NCBI GenBank assembly: GCA_037139695.1
Contig: JBAXFX010000001.1
Coordinates: forward strand, 1-54,449
Length of the DNA: 54,449 nt
From: Candidatus Moraniibacteriota bacterium
GTDB lineage: Bacteria > Patescibacteriota > Minisyncoccia > Moranbacterales > UBA1568
Direction of reading: 5' to 3'
The notes below the pieces were generated by a model. That model had not been told where the DNA came from. It was given only the letters and a program-made list of their open reading frames with translations, and searched no databases. This document shows positions 47,910 to 54,449 of this stretch, one piece after another. The first letter of the stretch is position 1; each line of letters opens with the position of its first letter. The position numbers and the translations under genes were made by a program.

Positions 47910-48137
47910 ATGAGTATTGACCAAAGTCCGCTTCACGCCACAGACGAAGCTAAAGAAAATAATCGCGGATCACGTCGTCCCTACAGAGAACGCGTCAGCA
48001 GCGGTTATTGTCCAGCTCCATATCTGAATTTCCTCCAAAAAAACACCGCCATCTGCGCCAAGCCAGGTTGCCCCGGTTACGGATGCAAAAAGTGCGGATC
48101 CTGTGATTTATGTACAGGACAACAAAAGAAAGTCTGA
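47910..48137 (+). CDS. Cys-rich microprotein (75 aa)
   Basis: An ATG at 47910 preceded by 'ggagg' with a 6-nt spacer, and a terminator directly after the stop. C-terminal cluster 'CAKPGCPGYGCKKCGSCDLC'. Confidence 0.6.
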   Translation: MSIDQSPLHATDEAKENNRGSRRPYRERVSSGYCPAPYLNFLQKNTAICAKPGCPGYGCKKCGSCDLCTGQQKKV

Positions 48138-48141
48138 TGAT

Positions 48142-48171
48142 AAGAAAAAAGCAGCCCGACAAGAGGCTGCT
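48142..48171. terminator. Bidirectional Rho-independent terminator shared by convergent genes (47910..48137 and engB)
   Basis: Stem agcagcc/ggctgct (48150..48171) with an 8-nt loop, an A-run upstream and 'ttctttttc' downstream. Confidence 0.7.
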
Positions 48172-48179
48172 TTCTTTTT

Positions 48180-48758
48180 CTATGCGACGATTCCGGAGAG
48201 AGCTTCAAGCAGTTCCGACCGGCCTTCCCCGGTCTTCGAGGAATACCGGACAACCGTGCAGTCCGGAAATTCCCGCGCCGCCTCGCGAACATGGTTCGCA
48301 ATATCGTTGCGGCGACCCTTGTCGGCCTTATTGGCAAGAAGCAGGATAGTCCGCCCGGCGTCCCGAAGCACCGCAATCGTTTCCCGGTCCGACTCCTGCA
48401 GTCCTATTTCGGCATCGATAACGACCACGGCGAGGTCGAGTCGCACTTCCGGCGCGCCGGCAAACCAAGAAAGGTGTTTCGCGATCTTCTCCATCTGCGA
48501 TTTTGCAAGTCGGGCATACCCGTATCCCGGCGTATCCGCCAGGTGCCAACGTTCGTCGACAAGGAAATAATTCGCCTCGGTGGTCCGGCCGGGCCGAGAG
48601 CTTGAACGTGCCATGCCTTTGCGTCGGACGAGCGCGTTGATAACGCTCGATTTTCCCACGTTCGAACGGCCAAAAAACGCCACTGTCGGCCGTTCCGGCG
48701 TCGGCAACCCTTCGGATCCCGTGACCCCTTTCAAAAATTTCACATCGCGTATTTCCAT
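48180..48758 (-). CDS. engB: Ribosome-biogenesis GTPase EngB/YihA
   Basis: G1 'GRSNVGKSSVINAL', G3 'DTPGYGY' and G4 'NKADK'. Confidence 0.9.
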   Translation of the reverse strand: MEIRDVKFLKGVTGSEGLPTPERPTVAFFGRSNVGKSSVINALVRRKGMARSSSRPGRTTEANYFLVDERWHLADTPGYGYARLAKSQMEKIAKHLSWFAGAPEVRLDLAVVVIDAEIGLQESDRETIAVLRDAGRTILLLANKADKGRRNDIANHVREAAREFPDCTVVRYSSKTGEGRSELLEALSGIVA

Positions 48759-48818
48759 AGACGTGTCTGTCTCTCCTGTATAGCATGGCCAAGGCTGAAG
48801 GGAAAGCGGTGGCGGTTC

Positions 48819-48847
48819 TTGACATCTTCAGGCTTTTCTTTCATCAT
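48819..48847 (+). promoter_or_regulatory. Candidate promoter for the plus-strand orphan genes
   Basis: TTGACA (48819..48824), a 17-nt spacer, then CATCAT (48842..48847), about 55 nt upstream of the ATG at 48902. Confidence 0.35.
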
Positions 48848-48901
48848 ACGCCTTGAAAGAGTGGATCATCATTTCATTAACACATCCGGGAGGAACGAAT
48901 C

Positions 48902-49108
48902 ATGTTAAGAATAAAACACGAGCCTGTCTCTTTGGCGGAAAATATGCCGAACGATGCGCCGACACAACAACCAAATACATCGGCTGTTTCCGAATCGGCA
49001 CCACCGGAATCCGGAAAAGCGATCGTCGCGAAGTCGCCTTATGAATACGGCTTCCTCGTCAAGCCGACCGAAGATCCGTTTCGCGGGGAAAATGACCTCA
49101 TCGATTAA
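48902..49108 (+). CDS. Hypothetical small protein (68 aa)
   Basis: ATG preceded by 'gggagg' with an 8-nt spacer. No recognised motif. Confidence 0.5.
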   Translation: MLRIKHEPVSLAENMPNDAPTQQPNTSAVSESAPPESGKAIVAKSPYEYGFLVKPTEDPFRGENDLID

Positions 49109-49129
49109 ACGTAAATGCCGGAGAATCCT

Positions 49130-49510
49130 ATGCATCAAGAGTGGCTTACACGGATTTCAAGGGAGGCCTTTCTGAAATCGTTGCACCGGGCCGGTTTCAA
49201 AGGAGCATCCGCAGACAGCATCGATACCCGACCATACCGCTACCGGAAAGACGGAATATTTCTTGCCGCAGGATTCTTCCAGCCGAGGCCGCGGGATGGA
49301 CGATGCGATATGTATATCGTCCATGCGACGAGTCGGAGCGGATCCTCGCCCGTCATCCGGATACGTCATGATGAGTATCGGACATGGGAGCTCTCACTGA
49401 CGCCGATTCCGGATTCGGTCGTGTGGTTCCTTGGGGATATTGTCTGCAAAAGCATCCGATCGTTCACGGCACTATGCGAATGCATGAAGGGCTACCTCCT
49501 GAGCGCCTGA
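49130..49510 (+). CDS. Hypothetical protein (126 aa)
   Basis: ATG at 49130 preceded by 'ggaga' (the ORF track starts at 49115). Followed by a strong terminator. No recognised motif. Confidence 0.55.
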   Translation: MHQEWLTRISREAFLKSLHRAGFKGASADSIDTRPYRYRKDGIFLAAGFFQPRPRDGRCDMYIVHATSRSGSSPVIRIRHDEYRTWELSLTPIPDSVVWFLGDIVCKSIRSFTALCECMKGYLLSA

Positions 49511-49522
49511 ACGGACCGATAA

Positions 49523-49582
49523 ATGCCGTCGCCACGATTCACGCACCTTGTGCATGAACGAGCGACGGCATATTTTTATTTT
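49523..49582 (+). terminator. Rho-independent terminator
   Basis: Outer 10-bp stem atgccgtcgc/gcgacggcat with an inner stem tcacgcac/gtgcatga, followed by 'atttttatttt'. Confidence 0.7.
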
Positions 49583-49678
49583 CGCCGTTCCGGCATTGGA
49601 ACTCGTAAAAAACCGAGTCTTCGAAAAAGGTTTCTTTTTTACTTTAATGAAGCCATTATTACGTATTGCCGGTCGCCA

Positions 49679-49706
49679 TTGACTTTTCTCATAGAAATGC
49701 TATTCT
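49679..49706 (+). promoter_or_regulatory. Candidate sigma70-type promoter
   Basis: TTGACT (49679..49684), a 16-nt spacer, then TATTCT (49701..49706), about 50 nt upstream of the ATG at 49759. Confidence 0.4.
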
Positions 49707-49758
49707 ATCAGATACGTTTTTTTACATACCATAACCGTCAACACAACCGGAGTGAACC

Positions 49759-50082
49759 ATGCAAATGGAAAAGGTTATCTTACCGCATTTCAATCCGCCG
49801 ACAGACACGCCGTCGGTCGTGCCCATGAACGATCTCACGGGCGTCGGTAGCATTATCGATTTGTCGAGACTGAATCCGGGCGAATTCCTGAATCAGTTCA
49901 GACACCTCCTCTCACCGCCAGATCCGTTCTTGATCATCGGTCTCGTCGGGACGACCGTCATTCACATGATGATCGGTTCCATGAGCATCGCGATCAATGC
50001 GACCAAAATCATCCTCGACTGCATAGCGATGCAGCTGCAAGACGATGGGAATGACGACGACGAAACGTTCCTGCTTACGTGA
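49759..50082 (+). CDS. Hypothetical small membrane protein (107 aa)
   Basis: 'ggag' RBS 6 nt upstream of the ATG. Hydrophobic segment 'FLIIGLVGTTVIHMMIGSMSIAI' and an acidic C-terminus. Confidence 0.5.
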   Translation: MQMEKVILPHFNPPTDTPSVVPMNDLTGVGSIIDLSRLNPGEFLNQFRHLLSPPDPFLIIGLVGTTVIHMMIGSMSIAINATKIILDCIAMQLQDDGNDDDETFLLT

Positions 50083-50143
50083 GGTGAGACTGTTTGAAAT
50101 CGGAATTATTAATTTTTACTAACACACAACAAGGAGCGGAATC

Positions 50144-50734
50144 ATGGCCACAGCAGAAGTATCGGATGCCAAAACATACCAATTTGTTATAAGCAAACAG
50201 ATTGAGAAGATAAAAACAAATCTTTCGAACGCGCTTCTTGAGCTCGAGAATGCGGATAACCCGGAAGACGCCGGGGTCGCGAGCTTCTTTCTCGCCATCA
50301 TTCCGTACGAAGACGCGCTCGCGGGATACATCGCCTGGAGAGACCTGACGCGTTGTGGAGATCCGTCGAGCATGAAATCCTTCCAAAATTTCATCCGTCT
50401 TACGGTTTCGAATAGGACCGTTAAAATCATCAAACGGACGCAGAACGATAAGGTATTCTATCAAGCTCGAGTGGAAGGAAATCCGACAAACGGTTGGGAT
50501 GAGGACACCATTCTCAATATCCTGAATGACCTCCATGACCATGTCGAATTAGAGGAGCCTATCGAGATTGAAACGATTCGGAATTTGCTGAACGACAGGG
50601 CGCGAAATTTCGTTGATCTCGACACTATTCAGAATGCGCTCAACAGATATCTCATAAAAGAGCGAAAAATCCGTATCAGATTCGACTCATCGATATCATT
50701 GGACGAGATTATGACATCTGTCCATGTCCAGTGA
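50144..50734 (+). CDS. Hypothetical protein (196 aa)
   Basis: 'aaggag' RBS 7 nt upstream of the ATG, and a terminator after the stop. No recognised motif. Confidence 0.6.
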   Translation: MATAEVSDAKTYQFVISKQIEKIKTNLSNALLELENADNPEDAGVASFFLAIIPYEDALAGYIAWRDLTRCGDPSSMKSFQNFIRLTVSNRTVKIIKRTQNDKVFYQARVEGNPTNGWDEDTILNILNDLHDHVELEEPIEIETIRNLLNDRARNFVDLDTIQNALNRYLIKERKIRIRFDSSISLDEIMTSVHVQ

Positions 50735-50752
50735 AATCCAATGAATCAAAAG

Positions 50753-50781
50753 AAGCCAGCCCGCTAAGGACTGGCTTTTTC
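50753..50781 (+). terminator. Rho-independent terminator
   Basis: 7-bp stem aagccag/ctggctt followed by a T-run. Confidence 0.65.
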
Positions 50782-50823
50782 ATATTCTTCCTTCAGAATC
50801 AACCTCCAAGTTGTCTGCCGTAG

Positions 50824-50856
50824 AGGAGTTCGACTCCGTACCGGAGTCGAACTCCT
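50824..50856. other. Perfect 15-bp inverted repeat with a 3-nt spacer
   Basis: aggagttcgactccg-tac-cggagtcgaactcct lies between convergent genes. No adjacent U-run on either strand. Confidence 0.8.
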
Positions 50857-50914
50857 TATCCTCCATTCCCTATTCCTGATTCTTTCTTCCTCATTCTTGA
50901 TTTCTCAAGAAAGG

Positions 50915-52027
50915 CTAGTTCCCACAGGCGGTACCGGACGATGCCGAACCGGCCGTCGCGGATCCCTCGCCGAAGCCGGCGGCAGGAGCAACCGTGGCAA
51001 GCGCTTTCTGACATTCCGCAGGGGCGGTTTCGAACGCGGCACAAATAGTCTTAAGAAGCGACGCCGGATCGCGCTGCGAATCGGTCGTAACGCCATTGAT
51101 CACCAATGTCGGCGATCCCTGTACGCCGTAGGTATCATTGTCCGCCTTGTCCGCATTGAAGGGCGGGAAGCTTCCCTGGTACGTGCTCTCGTCGGCGAAA
51201 TCCTTGGTCACGTCGAACTGCGTATCGGCCTGCTTCATACAGGCGGTGTTCTTCGCCACATCAACGCCCGCCGTCTTCAGGCATGCGGCCTCGGTCCCCT
51301 GCCCTTTCTTCAGGAAGCAACCGAGATACGTCGTAAGCTTTGTCGGCTCAAGTGTGCGGATACAGTACTGACGGAGGTTCTCATCGAGTTCCTTGCGGTC
51401 GCCCGTCGCCTTGTTGTTGTGCATCGAATAGGACACGAACTCGAGATTGAAATTGATCTTGTTCCCAAGCGTTGCGAGTACCGGCAGGATGCCCTTCTCG
51501 ATCTGCGTCCCATACGGGCAATAGCTCATCACGAAAAGCTTCACGTCCGGCTTCGCGGTCTTAGGGACGTCCTTCGGAGCGGCTGCTACGGCTGCTTCTT
51601 TCGCTTTGGCGATGGCGGCGTCATCGATTGCCTGCGGGAAGAATTTTGTCCCGTCCAGAGACAGATACATGGGATAGTCCTTCTTCTGGATGGTCACGAC
51701 TATCTTATAGAGACCGCCTTCCAGGGTCGGATCAGCCAAGGAAACGTCTATCGAGGCCGGGACGCCCAATCCGTCCCTCACGAACGATTCCGCCTTCGTC
51801 TTGGCATCCGCCGGACTGATGGTCGTGATTCCGAACAGTTTCTTTCCGAAAGCGGTCTTCGAAGCAAAGAGGTACCCACCACCTGCCAAGAGGAACACCG
51901 CCAATACGGCGACCACGGCCGCTATCACCCGCTTCTCCGGCAATTTCAGTTTCGGTGTTTTTTCCGGGACACCGCCTACCGACTTTTCCACCAATTTCTC
52001 CTCCGAGATTTTTTCTATCGTATCCAT
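50915..52027 (-). CDS. Membrane-anchored thioredoxin-fold (DsbA/glutaredoxin-like) protein with a monothiol CPYG site
   Basis: 370 aa. TM segment 'VIAAVVAVLAVFLLAGGGYLF'. 'LFVMSYCPYGTQIE' has Gly where the second Cys is expected. C-terminal 'GVQGSPTLVINGV'. Confidence 0.65.
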   Translation of the reverse strand: MDTIEKISEEKLVEKSVGGVPEKTPKLKLPEKRVIAAVVAVLAVFLLAGGGYLFASKTAFGKKLFGITTISPADAKTKAESFVRDGLGVPASIDVSLADPTLEGGLYKIVVTIQKKDYPMYLSLDGTKFFPQAIDDAAIAKAKEAAVAAAPKDVPKTAKPDVKLFVMSYCPYGTQIEKGILPVLATLGNKINFNLEFVSYSMHNNKATGDRKELDENLRQYCIRTLEPTKLTTYLGCFLKKGQGTEAACLKTAGVDVAKNTACMKQADTQFDVTKDFADESTYQGSFPPFNADKADNDTYGVQGSPTLVINGVTTDSQRDPASLLKTICAAFETAPAECQKALATVAPAAGFGEGSATAGSASSGTACGN

Positions 52028-52122
52028 AAAAACTTCTTTATCACATTAGTTCTGCCAGTATATCAGATTCCAAGAAAACGCAACAGATTTACTTTATCAC
52101 GCTCACATACCGAAGAAAACGG

Positions 52123-52320
52123 CTATATGAAAGGACTCGGATTCGGCTCAGGTTCTTTTGCTGAAGCTGGAGCCGGACCGACGGATTCCGACGGTTCCGA
52201 ACCAATCGGCGGAGCCTCATTCATTTCCGAATTCGGTTCTTCGCATTCTCCATCCTTCCCGCAACAGCCACATCCATGACCGTCATCCCGCTTTTTCTTA
52301 CCGAAGAGATCCCACGACAT
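52123..52320 (-). CDS. Cys-rich microprotein (65 aa)
   Basis: ORF between the thioredoxin-fold gene and the GT-C gene. 'GHGCGCCGKDGEC' is followed by a Pro/Glu/Ser-rich tail. Coding status is uncertain. Confidence 0.4.
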   Translation of the reverse strand: MSWDLFGKKKRDDGHGCGCCGKDGECEEPNSEMNEAPPIGSEPSESVGPAPASAKEPEPNPSPFI

Positions 52321-52428
52321 ATCGTTTCGATTATCCGTTTAGCGACCATTACTCTACGCCTCCTCCGCTTATCCAAGTATACCACATACATAATCTGCCA
52401 CTATGCCCGGTCCAATTCAAGGTTTCCG

Positions 52429-53541
52429 CTATCCCGCCCAATAATTATTCACGAAGAGGATGATATCAAGCGCCAAAAACAGCGTTGACGCAAGCATCCA
52501 TCCCGCCCGGACGGTCCGGCCTTTCATACCGGCAAGCAGGATGAAAAGCGGGAACATCACCAGGCTGTACCGGCCGACACTCATCAGCGTTCCGGACGTG
52601 AACGCGGCGATCAGGGTCGTGGACATAAAGACCGCATACCAGGGAGACAGTCTTCTCCATACCGCAACGACCGCGGAAATGATGAGGACAGCAAGAAAGA
52701 TGTCGATGCACATGTTCGTGATCGACGGATGAGAGAAAAGCGAAAAATGCTCCCGGTTGATCGTGAACGCCCGGCCCCAATTCCTTTGTATCCTGAAAAA
52801 AAGAAGCGGATCGCCGAACTTCAGATAGTCATACCCCAGAAAAAGAACGCTCCCGATCGGCGCGAAAAAAACAGGCCAAAATACTCCCCACGTCTTCGGA
52901 TGGACCAGGTTCTTCCAGCCGAGGCTCTCCCCTATCTTCCAAAAGATCGGCAACGCCAGAAATACCCCGTTGCTGTGCGTCAGCGCTCCAAGAAACGCGA
53001 TACCGGCAGCAAGCATAAAATTTTTCCGGAAGGCATAATAGAACGTGACGATGGTCAAAAAGAGGAAGATCGACTCGGTATAGATGACGTTGAAGAAGAA
53101 TGCCGTCGGAAAAATAAGCATGAGTACGATCGGCAGTTCCGGATCGATGTCCGGATGGAATTCCTTCACGAACCGGTAGAAATACGTGCAGGCTGCGATC
53201 AGGAAGGCCATACTCAAGAGCCAGCCGGTCAGCACGAAATTGCCGGCAAGGATCGTCCCGAGCATCCTTATCAGTACCGGATAGAGTGGAAAGAAGACGA
53301 CATTTGCCAGGGTGTTGTCGGTCTTCAGGTAGTACCCGTTGTTGACGATGTCGAGGTACCAGTACGAATCCCAGCGGTTATGCATGTCGACCAGACCGGA
53401 AGACGTCGGCACCGGAAAGTTTTCCGGCCTGATCCACGTATAAGCCGTATCCGGCATCAGGTTGAACCGGTTGAGTGCGACGTATCCGAACGCGTTCACC
53501 ACGAACAACCATACAAGCACCATCAGTATCACTCTTTTCAT
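52429..53541 (-). CDS. Integral-membrane GT-C glycosyltransferase (PIG-V / mannosyltransferase-like)
   Basis: 370 aa and polytopic. 'RWDSYWYLDIVNNGY' resembles the PIG-V-like/GT76 family motif. Confidence 0.7.
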   Translation of the reverse strand: MKRVILMVLVWLFVVNAFGYVALNRFNLMPDTAYTWIRPENFPVPTSSGLVDMHNRWDSYWYLDIVNNGYYLKTDNTLANVVFFPLYPVLIRMLGTILAGNFVLTGWLLSMAFLIAACTYFYRFVKEFHPDIDPELPIVLMLIFPTAFFFNVIYTESIFLFLTIVTFYYAFRKNFMLAAGIAFLGALTHSNGVFLALPIFWKIGESLGWKNLVHPKTWGVFWPVFFAPIGSVLFLGYDYLKFGDPLLFFRIQRNWGRAFTINREHFSLFSHPSITNMCIDIFLAVLIISAVVAVWRRLSPWYAVFMSTTLIAAFTSGTLMSVGRYSLVMFPLFILLAGMKGRTVRAGWMLASTLFLALDIILFVNNYWAG

Positions 53542-53714
53542 AGTCCGTATCGGATCCCTATTAAGCCCGCCACTCCCGAATCGAATACCTTCGTTCCGAG
53601 ATTATAGCACGGGACCGATTTGGACGACGATACTATCGCCGTCGCGGAAGAGTCCCTCTCTTCACTAGTTCACTGCTGAAAACCGCCCTAATAGGTACGA
53701 ATCTCCCGAATTTC

Positions 53715-53743
53715 TTGACATTTTTAGAATAATTCTGTTTAAT
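53715..53743 (+). promoter_or_regulatory. Candidate sigma70-type promoter
   Basis: TTGACA (53715..53720), a 17-nt spacer, then TTTAAT (53738..53743), 45 nt upstream of the ATG at 53788. Confidence 0.55.
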
Positions 53744-53787
53744 CAAAACGATCAGCCCGCATCTTACCAACCATCCGAGGAACCGTC

Positions 53788-54063
53788 ATGGATACTGAAG
53801 AAGTGATAAAAAAGCAGAGGCACAATCTCGAAGAACTCAACGAGCTTACTCCCGGCCTCGGCGACACGATCGAGAAAAAACTTGCCGGACATAAGTACTG
53901 GTGGGAATTCCGGGATGTGGAAAGATATATTCTCATGCAACTTGAAAAACTTAACCTTACGCCTTCCGATATTTTCATCAATGGAAACCGAAATCTGGAA
54001 GAGATCTTCGTCGATGAGTCGGAAAAATATCAGCGTATCAGCATCGCTAACTTCGTTATCTGA
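53788..54063 (+). CDS. Hypothetical small protein (91 aa)
   Basis: Promoter, 'gagga' RBS and downstream terminator all fit the plus strand. The overlapping minus-strand ORF 53764..54162 lacks such signals. Confidence 0.6.
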   Translation: MDTEEVIKKQRHNLEELNELTPGLGDTIEKKLAGHKYWWEFRDVERYILMQLEKLNLTPSDIFINGNRNLEEIFVDESEKYQRISIANFVI

Positions 54064-54090
54064 TCCGATCTGATCGATAACGATAATCAA

Positions 54091-54125
54091 AAGCCTTCGT
54101 TCGAGGAATGAACGAGGGCTTTTTA
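54091..54125 (+). terminator. Rho-independent terminator
   Basis: 12-bp stem aagccttcgttc/gaacgagggctt (one G-U) with a 7-nt loop, followed by 'tttta'. Confidence 0.75.
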
Positions 54126-54397
54126 TACGACCAAGAATCCGATCGCCACAGAAAGCGACCATCGAACCGCGTCCTTAACTTTATACCACTCACAGAAGCT
54201 GATTACGCGTTTTATTGTGTCCTGTCTTCCTGCCCGTATTGCCATGCCTGTCCATACCGCTACGTCAGCCCGGCCGGCCTGATGGCAGTCATGGCGACGG
54301 GCGAAACGTTACGGGCTGAAAAAGCGTTGCTCGCCCGAATCACTTCGTAAAACGTCGCAGGCAGGCAGGTGCGAGGGAATGAATATACCTATTCAGG

Positions 54398-54449
54398 CAC
54401 CGGTTCCCGATGAGGTGGTTTCTTAAAGATATCTTACTCGACATATTCT
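54398..54449. repeat. Repeat family 1 arm, truncated by the window end
   Basis: 46/52 nt identical (hand count) to the reverse complement of 9102..9153. Confidence 0.85.

Noticed and set aside
50824-50856. tRNA fragment or T-arm ('gagttcgactcc') that might mark an integration site.
   Set aside because: The sequence cannot form a 5-bp stem with a 7-nt T-loop, and there is no acceptor or anticodon arm around it. It is simply a perfect palindrome.
53764-54162. 132-aa minus-strand ORF overlapping 53788..54063.
   Set aside because: Promoter, RBS and terminator signals all fit the plus-strand ORF. The minus-strand ORF would run through that terminator and has no start signals.
54108-54350. 80-aa plus-strand ORF near the window end.
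   Set aside because: Its start lies inside the terminator hairpin of the preceding gene, it has no RBS, and the protein has no motifs. Left unannotated; the 54130..54397 stretch remains unexplained.

Overview
Gene-dense bacterial chromosome segment, mostly transcribed on the minus strand. GC is moderately high by eye, with two sharply AT-rich patches. The gene content suggests a small-genome uncultured lineage such as CPR/Patescibacteria (inference only): DUF4012, membrane-anchored DsbA-like proteins, a PIG-V-like GT-C, a compact mraZ-rsmH-ftsL-ftsI-murF block and many orphan small ORFs. No rRNA, CRISPR array, cas gene, transposase, integrase or reverse transcriptase is visible. Layout: (1) 0.15-6.6 kb is a glycan-biosynthesis operon (GT1, GT2, GT8-GT2 fusion, PP-loop/pyruvyl-transferase fusion). 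(2) 7.6-14 kb is housekeeping (dnaJ with a CIRCE operator, mltG, pcm, yjbQ, trxA, lepA). (3) 14.1-19.7 kb is a five-gene DNA-modification/restriction island: DUF262-HNH, RhuM, Dam-like MTase, ParB-fold protein, EcoRI-like MTase. Part of it is strongly AT-rich and it is the best candidate for an undescribed defence-type system. (4) 19.9-34.3 kb is cell envelope (murJ, DUF4012, GT1, galU) plus a scattered dTDP-rhamnose pathway (rfbA, rfbD, rfbB, rfbC) interrupted by glyA, NUDIX, repeats and an AT-rich orphan ORF. (5) 34.4-40.3 kb holds a KH protein and the dcw block. (6) 40.7-54.4 kb holds a DUF1152-like protein, a GlmU-N-like enzyme, an L,D-transpeptidase, queA, tRNA-Thr, two monothiol DsbA-like proteins, engB, Cys-rich microproteins, a plus-strand orphan cluster and a GT-C. 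The second main theme is a set of structured interspersed repeats. Three palindromic/modular families occur intergenically. One module also sits in frame inside queA, and a separate repeat-flanked insertion sits in frame inside the lepA G domain. All annotations come from motif recognition by eye; no searches were run.
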